Assembly: GCA_002269645.1 (NCBI GenBank)
Contig: NIVC01001276.1
Location: 1-39,966 of the forward strand
Direction of reading: 5' to 3'
Length of the DNA stretch: 39,966 nt
Origin: Macrostomum lignano
Lineage: Eukaryota
The notes below the pieces were generated by a model. It did no database searches. It was given only the letters and a program-made list of their open reading frames with translations, and had not been told where the DNA came from. The position numbers and the translations under genes are program-made. Shown piece by piece: positions 1-10,934 of the stretch. The first letter of the stretch is position 1. Every line of letters starts with the position of its first letter.

Positions 1-895
1 TGACTGAATTGCGATTTCTGACAGTGTTCAGCCTAGCTCTTCCAACTGATAAATTTGTTGTTTCTGTTGCTACAACTGATGTTGAGCTGACATGGAAATA
101 GAGTGGAATGACTTCTTGTATTTGATTTTGTTTTTATTTTTTGACATTTGATTTTTTGTTTTTTTTTAATTAACGTTTTTACACTGTCGTCTTTTTCAGT
201 TTTAGAAGTTTAACCACTCGCTTGAGTTGGTGCTGCTACAAGTCGGGCTGTCAGAAGCGGAACTTTGCTTTTTCTGTAGTCATTTATCTGTCACAAGCCC
301 TAGCTGCCACATTTGCTATGATGTAACTTTTCTTTCAAACATGCCAACCCAGGTGAAGTGTATTAGGCTTATGTATTAGGTCTTTCACCGCGTGTTGATT
401 AAATCTATTTTACTCGTATCTGCTAGTTCACCTGTAACTAAACCGTATTCTAACTTCAATGATTGACAACTCGTACACCCAATCTAGCGAATGGAGCACT
501 AGTACTCTTAGCTTATTATATTAGATTCATCCCGACTGTTGTTTCCCCATTTATTATCCTAGGTTTTCCCTAAATCTAATAAATGCATGTAGTAACCGTT
601 GGTGCGTGGTTCCGCACAGAGTTTGTTTCTGGACTTATTTATTTAACTAAGTAGATGACGAGGAATTTGCTTTGAAAAATACGCGTATAGTTTCTCCTGC
701 CGTTTACCCAGGACACGCCCAATCAGCAGTAGTTTAAAGTTCATTCCAATACAGGAGTGTTTTTCAATACGTCAGCAGTAGCTCTCTTCAACCGTTCATG
801 TTTTCATTGTTTTTTGCCGCTTTAGGCAATCGATTTTCTTACTGCTTGAGCAGCGCGTCTCTCTCGATTGAGCTGCAGTTTACAGAGTACACACT

Positions 896-1482
896 GGGGG
901 GGGGGTATTGGCCCTGCGCAGGGACCCCTGAAACTTGCCTGGACTGGAAATGAGTCTAGGAGGCCTTGAAGGAGAGTATAGGGTGTAAAATCTTCATGCT
1001 TGTTACACTTTACACTCTAAATTCTACACTTTACACTCTACAATCTGCACTCTGCACTCTACAATCTACACGCTACAATCTATAATCTACATTCGACAAT
1101 CTACCATCTACACTCTATATTTTACTATCAACACTAAAATCTACACTCTACAATCTATACTATAAAAATCTACACTTTTAAATCTACAGTCTGCAATCTA
1201 CACTCTACAATCTACACTCTACAATTTATGCTATAAAATCTACACTTTGCTATCTGCACTGTATACTACAATCTACGCTATAAAATATTCACTCTAAATA
1301 CACACTCTAAAATCTATAATCTACACTCTTCGCTTTACACTACACTCTTTTCTCCACACTGTCGAATCCGCATTAGATTCCAGCACTAAGCACAGGAGCT
1401 AGAAGTTGTAGAAGTTGACACCAGTCCACTGAGATCTTCAGGGGTCCATGCACTACTGGTCTCGCGTCTTACCCCCCCCCCC
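896..1482. mobile_element. Putative MITE-like element with imperfect terminal inverted repeats around a simple-repeat core
   Basis: 896-947 (G-run-TATTGGCCCTGCGCAGGGACCCCTGAAACTTGCCTGGACTGG) is the imperfect reverse complement of 1421-1482 (CCAGTCCA...TTCAGGGGTCCATGC...TA-C-run). No TSD identified. Confidence 0.4.
1005..1345. repeat. Degenerate 7-bp simple repeat (CTACACT/CTACAAT)
   Basis: Visible periodic CTACACT-CTACAAT units with many substitutions. Confidence 0.85.
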
Positions 1483-1754
1483 TCTGCATCCTCCCCAAAC
1501 AGGTCCGCCCCAGAGATCTGCTTGGCACCCAATAGAATGATTGAATCAACCCTTTAACCCCCGTTTTTATCCGACTGCTCACAATCCAAGTGTACATTAG
1601 TTGTGCGGCACTCAAATTGTCCTATAATTCTACTACAGGACTATATAGAGCTTTTAAAATCATTGTCAATAGTTTCTAAGAATCTAATAGCATTAATCAT
1701 TAGTGTAATGCATGCTTTTTTACAGCCCTGAATCTTGAAAAACATTCTTTGCTC

Positions 1755-1762
1755 ATGTCGCT

Positions 1763-1794
<32 letters not shown>

Positions 1795-4700
1795 TGCCAC
1801 CAATGCGAAGCCTTGATCGTCAGGGCTACCTGCTGAGATACGTGAGTTTTCACAGTCTACTCTCCCTATTCACAGTCTTATCTACTCCATATTCACAGTC
1901 CTATCTACTCCCTATTTACAGTCTTATCTACTCCATATTCACAGTCTTTTCTACTCCCTATTCACAGTCTTATCTACTCCCTATTCACAGTCTTATCTAC
2001 TCCCTATTCACAGTCTTATCTACTCCCTATTCACAGTCTTACTTACTCCCTATTCACAGTCTTATCTACTCCCTATTCACAGTCTATCTACTCCCTATTC
2101 ACAGTCTTATCTACTCCCTATTCAGTCTTACTTACTCCCTATTCACAGTCTTATCTACTCCCTATTCACAGTCTTATCTACTCCCTATTCACAGTCTTAT
2201 CTACTCCCTATTCACAGTCTATCTACTCCCTATTCACAGTCTTATCTACTCCCTATTCACAGTCTTACTTACTCCCTATTCACAGTCTTATCTACTCCCT
2301 ATTCACAGTCTTATCTACTCCCTATTCACAGTCTTATCTACTCCTATTCACAGTCTTATCTACTCCTTTTTCACAGTCTTATCTACTCCCTATTCACAGT
2401 CTTATCTATTCTCTATTCACAGTCTTATCTACTCCCTATTCACAGTCTTACCCACTCCCTATTCAGTCTATCTACTCCCTATTCACGGTCTTACCCACTC
2501 TCCTATTCAGTCTATCTACTCCCTATTCACGGTCTTGCCCACCCTATTCAAGTCTATCTACTCCCTATTCACAGTCTTACCCACTCCCTATTCAGTCTAT
2601 CTACTCCCTATTCACGGTCTTACCCACTCACTATTCACAGTCTATCTACTCCCTATTCACAGTCTTACCCACTCCGTATTCAGTCTATCTACTCTCTATT
2701 CAGTCTATCTACTCCCTATTCAGTCTATCTACTCCCTATTCAGTCTATCTACTCCCTATTCACGGTCTTACCCACTCACTATTCACGGTCTTACCCACTC
2801 ACTATTCACAGTCTATCTACTCCCTATTTACAGTCTTACCCACTCCCTATTCACAGCCTCGTACCTGGACGCACTAAAAACTGGAGTATCTAAATGCAGA
2901 CACTCCAAGCCTAGCTAAAAGCAGACACTTGAACTTTCCTTCTAGGAGACAGCCAATGGCATAAGTGGCTGGAAGCGTCGATGGGCGGTCCTCAGTGACC
3001 ACTGCCTGTACCTGTACAAAGGTGAGTGGCTACCGGCATACCGTGACCATAAACTGGCCCAATATGCGCACCAGTTACGCCCTGACATACAATTCTGCAG
3101 ATCCAGACAGCAAAGAGTGCCTGTACGCCCTGCTGTTGTCAACCGCCAGAGTGACTCAGTCCCACGATTCTACCGGGCAATATCGAAGCTCTATTAAGGT
3201 ACCCAGGGTTGTAAAACTATTTGTTTAATATTTTCTAGAGACACGCCAATCGAAAGAATTCCAACAAAATTCAACTCGTTTAATTCCCAGCTGGAAGAGC
3301 CTAACCAGGTGGCAGTGTACCTCAGCACCGGTACGCCCGAAGAGTTTGACGACTGGTACCAGGCTCTGCTGGTGGCGACTTCCGCCCATCAGCCGCAGGT
3401 GCAGCAGCGGCAAAACCAGATTAGCAGCGGTTGGGCTGGTCATGCGCAGGTAAAGATGGCGTAATCTGCAACCGGAAATAACCGAAATAACCTGTGTTAT
3501 TACGAGTAGGTGTAAATTGCAACCAGAAATGGAAATTGCAACCGGAAAAAAATTGCATCCGGAAATGGTAATGTCATAGGTGTAAATTGCAAATGGAAAT
3601 GGTAATGTCATAGGTGTCAATTGCAACCGGAAATGGTAGTGTCATGGGTGTAAATTGCAAATGGAAATGGTAATGTCATAGGTGTAAATTGCAAATGAAA
3701 ATGGTAATGTCATAGGTGTCAATTGCAACCGGAAATGGTAGTGTCATGGGTGTAAATTGCAACCGGAAATGGTAGTGTCATGGGTGTAACTTACAACCGG
3801 AAATGGTTGTGTTATCGGGTGTAACTTACAACCGGAAATGGTTGTATTATCGGGTATAAATTGCAACCGGAAATGGTTGTATTATCGGGTGTAAATTGCA
3901 ACCGGAAATGGTTGTGTTATCGGGTGTGAATTGCAACCGGAAATGGTTGTATTATCGGGTGTAAATTGCAACCGGAAATGGTTGTATTATCGGGTGTAAA
4001 TTGCAACCGGAAATGGTTGTGTTATCGGGTGTGAATTGCAACCGGAAATGGTTGTATTATCGGGTGTAAATTGCAACCGGAAATGGTTGTATTATCGGGT
4101 GTAAATTGCAACCGGAAATGGTTGTATTATCGGGTGTAAATTGCAACCGGAAATGGTTGTGTTACTGGGTGTAACTTGCAACCGGAAATGGTAGCGTCAG
4201 GTGAGAATGACAACGGGGAGTGGTAGAGTGAGACGATAGCTACACAGATAATGTTAGTCTAAGGCAAGAAAGTTAACTGTATGCTTTTAGTAATTAGTAG
4301 CATTTTTCGATTTGAATTTCAGAGACACTCGGACATGTACGGCAGTAATTGTGAGTTTTCAAACTCCGTGCTTACTCTCAAGTTAGTATTGTTTACAAAG
4401 AAGTCACTCATTAATGACACAGCGTCACTCATTGATGCCACAGCGTCACTCATTGATGCCACAGCGTCACTCATTGATGCCACAGCGTCACTCATTGATG
4501 CCACAGCGTCACTCATTGATGCCACAGCGTCACTCATTGATGCCACAGTTTCACTCATTGATGCCACAGCGTCACTCATTGATGCCACAGCGTCACTCAT
4601 TGATGCCACAGCGTCACTCATTAATGACACAGCGTCACTCATTGATGCCACAGCGTCACTCATTGATGCCACAGCGTCACTCATTGATGCCACAGCGTCA

Positions 4701-7700
4701 CTCATTAATGACACAGCGTCACTCATTGATGCCACAGCGTCACTCATTAATGACACAGCGTCACTCATTGATGCCACAGCGTCACTCATTGATGCCACAG
4801 CGTCACTCATTAATGACACAGCGTCACTCATTGATGCCACAGCGTCACTCATTACACTAACAGACACGGTAGTTACCAGCAGCGATCTTCAGCGCGATCG
4901 GCAACTGGGCGGCGGCGGTGGCTCAGAATTGCGCAACTATCGTCGCCAGCTGACCGTGTCGCAGCCGAACCTCGACCTGTCAGGAGAGCCGGTAGCTCGA
5001 GGCGCCGGACTGCAGCAGCCGGACTATCAGCTGCCTTACGCTGTCTACTCTGCCGCTGCTTCTAGTAGGGGCAGCGGCAGTCTTCGTCGCGTTGCTGATG
5101 AACCAGAGGAGGCTCACTACGCGGTGGTTCGTGAGCCCAACACTGCTGCAGTCTGGAAGCAGCAGCAACAACAGCAGCAGCAGCAATACCAGCGGCAGTA
5201 TGTCAGTCGATCTGTTCACGTCAATAACGGAGTAGCACCTGCTGCTGCTGCTGCTGCTGCTGGAGCTGGCGGTGAGTGTCGGTTTGATGAACTGGAAATC
5301 GTCTGAGGTTTTTCCAGCTGACCCGCAGCCAGTGAGGAGACAAGCAGTCATGTCGACACACATACACTGTACACACGCTCACACGGGGTGTACACACGCT
5401 CACACAGGGTGTACACACGCTCACACAGGGTGTACACACGCTCACACAGGGTGTACACACGCTCACACAGGGTGTACACACGCTCACACAGGGTGTACAC
5501 ACGCTCACACAGGGTGTACACACGCTCACACAGGGTGTACACACGCTCACACAGGGTGTACACACGCTCACACAGGGTGTACACACGCTCACACAGGGTG
5601 TACACACGCTCACACAGGGTGTACACACGCTCACACAGGGTGTACACACGCTCACACAGGGTGTACACACGCTCACACAGGGTGTACACACGCTCACACA
5701 GGGTGTACACACGCTCACACAGGGTGTACACACGCTCACACAGGGTGTACACACGCTCACACAGGGTGTGCACACGGCGGCCCCTAGTTTCTTATTGTCA
5801 GGCATGTATGGCACACTCACTATGTCTTGCGACCTTGCCCTCATGGGTGGGAACAGTACTCTCTCTGAGTACAGAGGCAAACACGTACGTTTCCACTGAA
5901 CTGACCTGCCTCTTCTCCATCTCGGGCCGTCCGACTTGTCTTCCTGCAGGCGGGCCGCGCTGGACAAACGGCGGCAGCCCAGCCGGCAACTTGCGGATGA
6001 TTGAAACTGTGAGAGAGGACCCCGCCATGGATGATACTCAAGTGCTGGTGAGTTCAGGAACAAGCGTTCTTTTCTGCGTATACGATAGACTTTTGGTTAT
6101 TGAGTTTGAGTATTTCTCATTGAGTATCTCTCACTGAGTATCTCTCATTGAGTATCTCTCGCTGAGATCTCTCATTGAGTATCTCTCACTGAGGTCTCTC
6201 ATTAAGTATCTCTCGCTGAGATCTCTCATTAAGTATCTCTCACTGAGTATCTCTCACTGAGATCTCTCATTGAGTATCCTCACTGAGTATCTCTCACTGG
6301 GTATCTCTCATTGAGTATCTCTCACTGAATATTTCTCACTGGGTATCTCTCACTGAGTATCTCTCACTGAGTATCTCTCACTGAGTATCTCCCATTGGGT
6401 ATATCTCACAGATTATCTCTCATTGGGTATTTCTCACTGAGTATTTCTCACTGGGTATCTCTCACTAAGTATCTCTCATTGGGTATCCCTCACTGAGTAT
6501 CTCCCATTGGGTATCTCTCACTGATTATCTCTAATTGGGTATCTCTGACTGATTATCTCTTGGGTATCCCTCACTGCTTATCTCTCACTGAGTATCTCTC
6601 ACTGAGTATCTCTCATTGATTATCTCTCATTGAGTATCTCTCACTGAGTATCTCTCATTGAGTATCTCTCACTGAGTATCTCTCACTGAGTATCTCTCAC
6701 TGAGTATCTCTCACTGAGTATCTCTCATTGAGTATCTCTCACTGAGTATCTCTCATTGAGTATCTCTCACTGAGTATCTCTCACTGAGTATCTCTCACTG
6801 AGTATCTCTCATTGATTATCTCTCATTGAGTATCTCTCACTGAGTATCTCTCATTGATTATCTCTCATTGAGTATCTCTCACTGAGTATCTCTCATTGAG
6901 TATCTCTCACTGAGTATCTCTCACTGAGTATTTCTCACTGAGTATCTCTCACTGGGTATCTCTCATTGAGAATCTCTCACTGAGTATCTCTCACTGAGTA
7001 TCTCTCATTGCGAATGTCTCACTGAGTAACTCTCACTGAGTATCTCTCACTGAGTATCTCTCACTGAGTATCTCTCACTGAGTATCTCTCATTGAGTATC
7101 TCTCACTGAGTATCTCTCATTGAGTATCTCTCACTGAGTATCTCTCACTGAGTATCTCTCACTGAGTATCTCTCACTGAGTATCCCATCGATCGGCAGGC
7201 CACGGCGCCCCTAGAGGAGATCCGTCGCCGCTACCCGGTCAGCGGCCTGGCCAAGCGGATGAGCATCGCCGCCTCCGATCTGCTCGGCAAGCCGCACGAC
7301 GAGCTGCTGCTGCTGCTCATCCAGCTGCAGCGGGAGAAGGCCGCCCTGGAGCGTCGCCGCGAGCACTGCCTCCGCCTCATCGGCTCCCACCCGGTCGCCT
7401 CCGCCACGGCCGAACGGCTGCGCCAGGAGATTCGCGAGGCCGAACAGCAGGCGGAGCTGAGCGAGCCGCTGCTCAGCTTCATAGCCAACATCATCGCCAT
7501 GGGCGCCATGTACCAGGGAGACGATCTGGCATTCGCTAGCGAGTACCGGCGGCACCTGCTGCAGCCGGGCCAGGCCAAGCCGTCCAACCCAGTCATCGGG
7601 CGGCAGCGGCGCCGCCAGGAGATGGAGATCGCCCGCCAGTGCCAGTCTTCGGACCCTGCTGCAACCGTTGAAATCGACATTGCCGGCGGCGGCGACAGCG

Positions 7701-9132
7701 GCGACGTAGAGTTCCGTCGGACTCGCCGCCGCCTGGAATCCGAGCTGGCCGCGCTGGAGGCCGCCTACGCTGAGCACCGGCGCAGAAAGTCCGGCCTCGC
7801 CGACTTCATGGCCGAACTGGGCAGGCGGGGCACCGCGGCAGTCGCCGTCACCGGTGCCAATCGGAGACGCCTTGGCAACCGCGGCACCTACCTGGAGACC
7901 GACTTGGACACCGGCGAGTGCATCGATTTGGCCGCTAAATTTCCTCGCCGACTTATTGCTGTCGGAGGCGGCGTCGGAGGCGCCGGCCCATCAACAGCGC
8001 GGTCTGCCGCTTCGTCGCTTCGAGCGGCGGTGTCGACGCCTGCGCTGAACGCAGTCGACCTCAGCGGCTACGACTACGGCGAGGCCGACGGCGAGAGCGG
8101 ATACTTTGGCGCGTCTGGCATCAGCAACCCGTCGTTGCGTCCGAGCGTGGGCGGTCATTCAGAAGGTGAGCCAGCGTTTGCATCGCTTTATTGAAGAGGT
8201 CCCAGGCTCGTTTCTAGGGAGCTTCGCAGTGAAAAGGAGTTAGACCTTGCTGTTGGAACAAGTTAAGCTCGAACGAGCGAATTTTAAAGAAGCCACATGT
8301 TCACAACCATTCAGTGTGAACCTTGTTCACAACCATTCAGTGTGAACCTTCTTCATCTAGGATCTGAGTATTTAATTGGGTCGCTTTCAAAATACCAAAC
8401 TTTCATAACGCCGCAATTTCACATCGTAGAAACTTTAATACAATAAGGACCATGCAAAATTATTGGCGTTCTTTGGCGGCCCTCATATTGAATTTTCTAC
8501 GATGTGAAATTTCAGTCTTATTTGTTCAGTATTTTAGCCCTTCAGCCCGTACAAGGGCTCTTTTAAAGCCCTCATTTAATTCTAGCTATTTAAAGAAGCA
8601 CAATTTTTTTCTAAACTTAATAAAATATTTTGCCTACTGAAAACTACTATTAGTAGTATGTAATGAAACAAATGAATTCCACGCTCTAGTAAATACCCTA
8701 TAATTACCAATCAAATCTATTGCAGTCAATCGCAGACCCCGTGTAGAGCAGGCCCTCTCTGTGACTTCGCTGAACGCGCCAGAAGTTCCGCCTCCCCGGC
8801 CAATGCAGCAGCAGCCGCCACCCTTGCCGCAGCGCCGGTACGCCTCCAACAGCCACGTCAAGTCCGTGTCAGTGCAGGAGCAGCTGAACTCGATGGCGCT
8901 CCGCGGCCCAAATAACGTCAGCCATGCCGAATTCGACGACTCGGCCGCCGCTACCGATCGAAAAGCTCGAATCCGTCGGGTGCTGGCTGGCTACAGCCTG
9001 CAGGAGTTCACCCGGCAGGAGCTGGGCGGCCTGTCGCTGGCCGAGGAGCGGCGCCGCCGCGAACTGGCCTTGGCCGAGCGGGAGCACGTCGGCACCGAGG
9101 CCAGCAGGCTGGCCGGTGAGGCGGGCCGCTGA
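1755..9132 (+). CDS. Multi-exon PH-domain and coiled-coil protein, probably PLEKHA4/5/6/7-like
   Basis: Manually spliced exons with consistent phases: 1726/1755-1841, 2946-3021, 3101-3198, 3291-3449, 4323-4350, 4864-5271, 5950-6047, 7199-8165, 8726-9132 (stop). Exons 1-4 give a PH fold: DRQGYLLRY-ETANGISGWKRRWAVLSDHCLYLYKD...YLSTGTPEEFDDWYQALL. Exon 8 has a coiled coil (SDLLGKPHDELLLLLIQLQREK). Donors are GTGAGT/GTAAAG/GTACCC/GTGAGC. The family call is from remembered motifs. Exon 1 may be internal (acceptor at 1725), and the last exon could splice onward near 9115. Confidence 0.8.
1764..1797 (+). repeat. (GCC)n microsatellite encoding poly-proline in PH-gene exon 1
   Basis: Run of CCG codons upstream of the PH domain start. 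Confidence 0.9.
1851..2855. repeat. Intronic minisatellite, ~23-bp unit CTCCCTATTCACAGTCTTATCTA with shorter variants
   Basis: Direct tandem periodicity inside intron 1 (1842-2945). Confidence 0.95.
3463..4195. repeat. Intronic minisatellite, 35-bp unit AACCGGAAATGGTTGTATTATCGGGTGTAAATTGC
   Basis: Period 35 (e.g. ACCGG at 3901 and 3936); more degenerate at the 5' end. Confidence 0.95.
4403..4852. repeat. Intronic minisatellite, 21-bp unit CACAGCGTCACTCATTGATGC
   Basis: Near-perfect tandem copies; explains the 7-aa-period ORFs on both strands. Confidence 0.97.
5365..5770. repeat. Intronic minisatellite, 21-bp unit CACACGCTCACACAGGGTGTA, embedded in a dispersed repeat copy
   Basis: Near-perfect tandem copies. 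The flanks (to 5847) match the dispersed repeat at 23271, 31657 and 33616. Confidence 0.95.
6113..7183. repeat. Intronic minisatellite, 14-bp unit GAGTATCTCTCA(C/T)T
   Basis: Direct tandem periodicity inside intron 7 (6048-7198). Confidence 0.97.
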
Positions 9133-9159
9133 ATCAGGATTGGGAATATTCGGTTTCAA

Positions 9160-9430
9160 GGAGATCTAGATCTAGAATCTGGAGCAGTATCCACTGTACA
9201 GCTACTGAATCAAAAGTCCTAGGACAAGGAGATCTAGATCTAGAATCTGGAGCAGTAACCAAAATACAGCTACTGAATCAAAAGTCCTTGGACAAGGAGA
9301 TCTAGACCCAGAATCTGGAGCAGTAACCAAAGTGCAGATACATCTAAAGGCCTAGGTCAAGGAGATCTAGATCTAAAATCTGGAGTAGTAGCCATAGCGT
9401 AGCTACGCCTAGAGGCCTATAGCGCCAACG
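9160..9430. repeat. Degenerate ~68-bp tandem repeat (GGAGATCTAGATCTAGAATCTGGAGCAGTA...)
   Basis: About four diverging copies directly after the PH-gene stop. Confidence 0.8.
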
Positions 9431-9573
9431 AGATCTAGACCTAGAATCTGGAATGGTAACATCGATATATTTGATGTCTTTAAACGATCCCCTTTGCTGT
9501 GTCATTTCCTGTGAAAAATGAGGATCTGGAAAAGCCATCCCAGTCCAGACCTTAGATACTAAAATAGCTACAT

Positions 9574-9978
9574 GGGCCACTCAGGCGTATATACTTAGTA
9601 AAACATTTCTACTTTCAGTTCAGTAGCAAAGAAGAATATATAAGCTTTATTTTATAAAAATAAAGGCAACTGAAATGACTTTAATAAGTTTAGAAGCCCA
9701 AGCTTGCAGCCGTAAACAACTTGCTAATTGATTCAGCAATAATGTACATTGGCCAGTCCACTGAAATGTACATGGCAGCTTTAGGCTGGAATTCCCCCGA
9801 GAAAGGCAATTAAATTGGGGGCGGGGGGGGGGGTTTAGTGTGGAAAGGCACAGTTAGAGGGTTTAAAGCGGGGTAAGAGTCAATAAATAAGCCTTGGCTT
9901 TAAAAATACATTAAAATGCTTCTGTTTAACTTGCTACTGAACTGAAAGTAGCTTACACGCAAATGTGCTGAGTGGCCC
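9574..9978. mobile_element. Putative MITE (~405 bp) with GGGCCACTCAG termini and a subterminal 21-bp inverted repeat
   Basis: 9574-9584 GGGCCACTCAG versus 9968-9978 CTGAGTGGCCC; 9609-9629 CTACTTTCAGTTCAGTAGCAA versus 9931-9951 (exact reverse complement). AT flanks both ends. Confidence 0.6.
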
Positions 9979-10691
9979 ATCTAGTTATTCTAGTATCTGT
10001 GGTCCAGACTCATATCTAGAGCCAGGTAGAATGAAAACAACAAATAACAATGCACTAATTGCTCACTAAATTAATCCTTAAACTAATTTTCAGTTCGTGG
10101 CTATCTTCAATGAAAGTTTCTGGATGGCAATGTGAATGGATGGAGCTGTATTCATTCTAAAGTTTGGTATTCTTGTACTGGTTATTATGCTGTTAATTCT
10201 GACACTTATTTTGAAATTTACCGCACAGTTGAATACTGATTGATTTGTTGTTATTAATATTATTATTGCTATAAAGTATTCCTTCAGTGTAAATAGTTGC
10301 CTATCCATGTCAGTACCATTATTTATTTGCTTTTGCCAATGCAAGCTCCAATGTCAATCAAAGCAGAAAAAGTTGATTGCATCAATTTTTTAAAGACTTC
10401 AGGTCAGAAGTTTCACTATGAAATCATTGAAAGTAGAAAATTAAAAATTTCCCCATAAAAATTAAGTTTAACGATTTTAACTTTAATTGGCCTCTAGCTA
10501 GCTATGGAACTTAGATTTGCAAAGGCAAATGGTATATAACGTTAATATACTTAATTACATTCCAGTTCTTGTGACTTGTATAATATACCTTTTAAACAGT
10601 TTTTCCAGGAATAAGTGAAAATCATTTTGTTTGTAGTACCATGGCCATGGCCATATCATTGGTATCACATAATGGCCAGATGTACAACCGA

Positions 10692-10934
10692 CAGCTCAGC
10701 CGCAGCAATTGCGCTGCGCATCTGAAGGCTGCGTACGGCTGTTCAGTCCAAGGACTGGGGGGTCGCCACACACAGCCTTAACTACTCCAGCTACAGCTTT
10801 ACAGCTGGGTGAACTGAAGCAATGCAGAGTTAAGTGTCTTGCTCAAGGACACAAATTGTTCCGGAGTGGGTCGAGAAAAATCGAACCCCCGACCTTTCAG
10901 TCGTGAATCCGACGCTCTAGCTAACCACTAGGCT
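10692..10934 (-). mobile_element. tRNA-derived SINE with CORE-like central domain (copy 1)
   Basis: Minus strand: A-box-like GCCTAGTGGTTA, B-box-like GGTTCGA, then TGTGTCCTTGAGCAAGACACTTAACTC...CTTCAGTTCACCCAGCTGTAAA, resembling the MIR/CORE domain. The 3' tail CCCCAGTCCTTGGACTGAACAGCCGTACGCAGCCTTCAGATGCG is shared with 32507-32704. Confidence 0.8.

Noticed and set aside
1749-2918. 389-aa ORF
   Set aside because: Only the first ~31 codons are exon; the rest is read-through of a stop-free intronic satellite after the GTGAGT donor at 1842.
4281-6137. Long periodic ORFs on both strands (ASLIDAT, MSDAVAS, CTHAHTG, VYTRSHR etc.)
   Set aside because: Translations of 21-bp minisatellites; only the parts matching spliced exons are credible.
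7211-7777. 188-aa antisense ORF
   Set aside because: Shadow of a GC-rich sense exon; no independent motif.
10090-10344. Short AT-rich ORFs here and at 8452, 11430, 16160, 16805, 34647
   Set aside because: No domain motifs or splice context; composition is typical of non-coding DNA.
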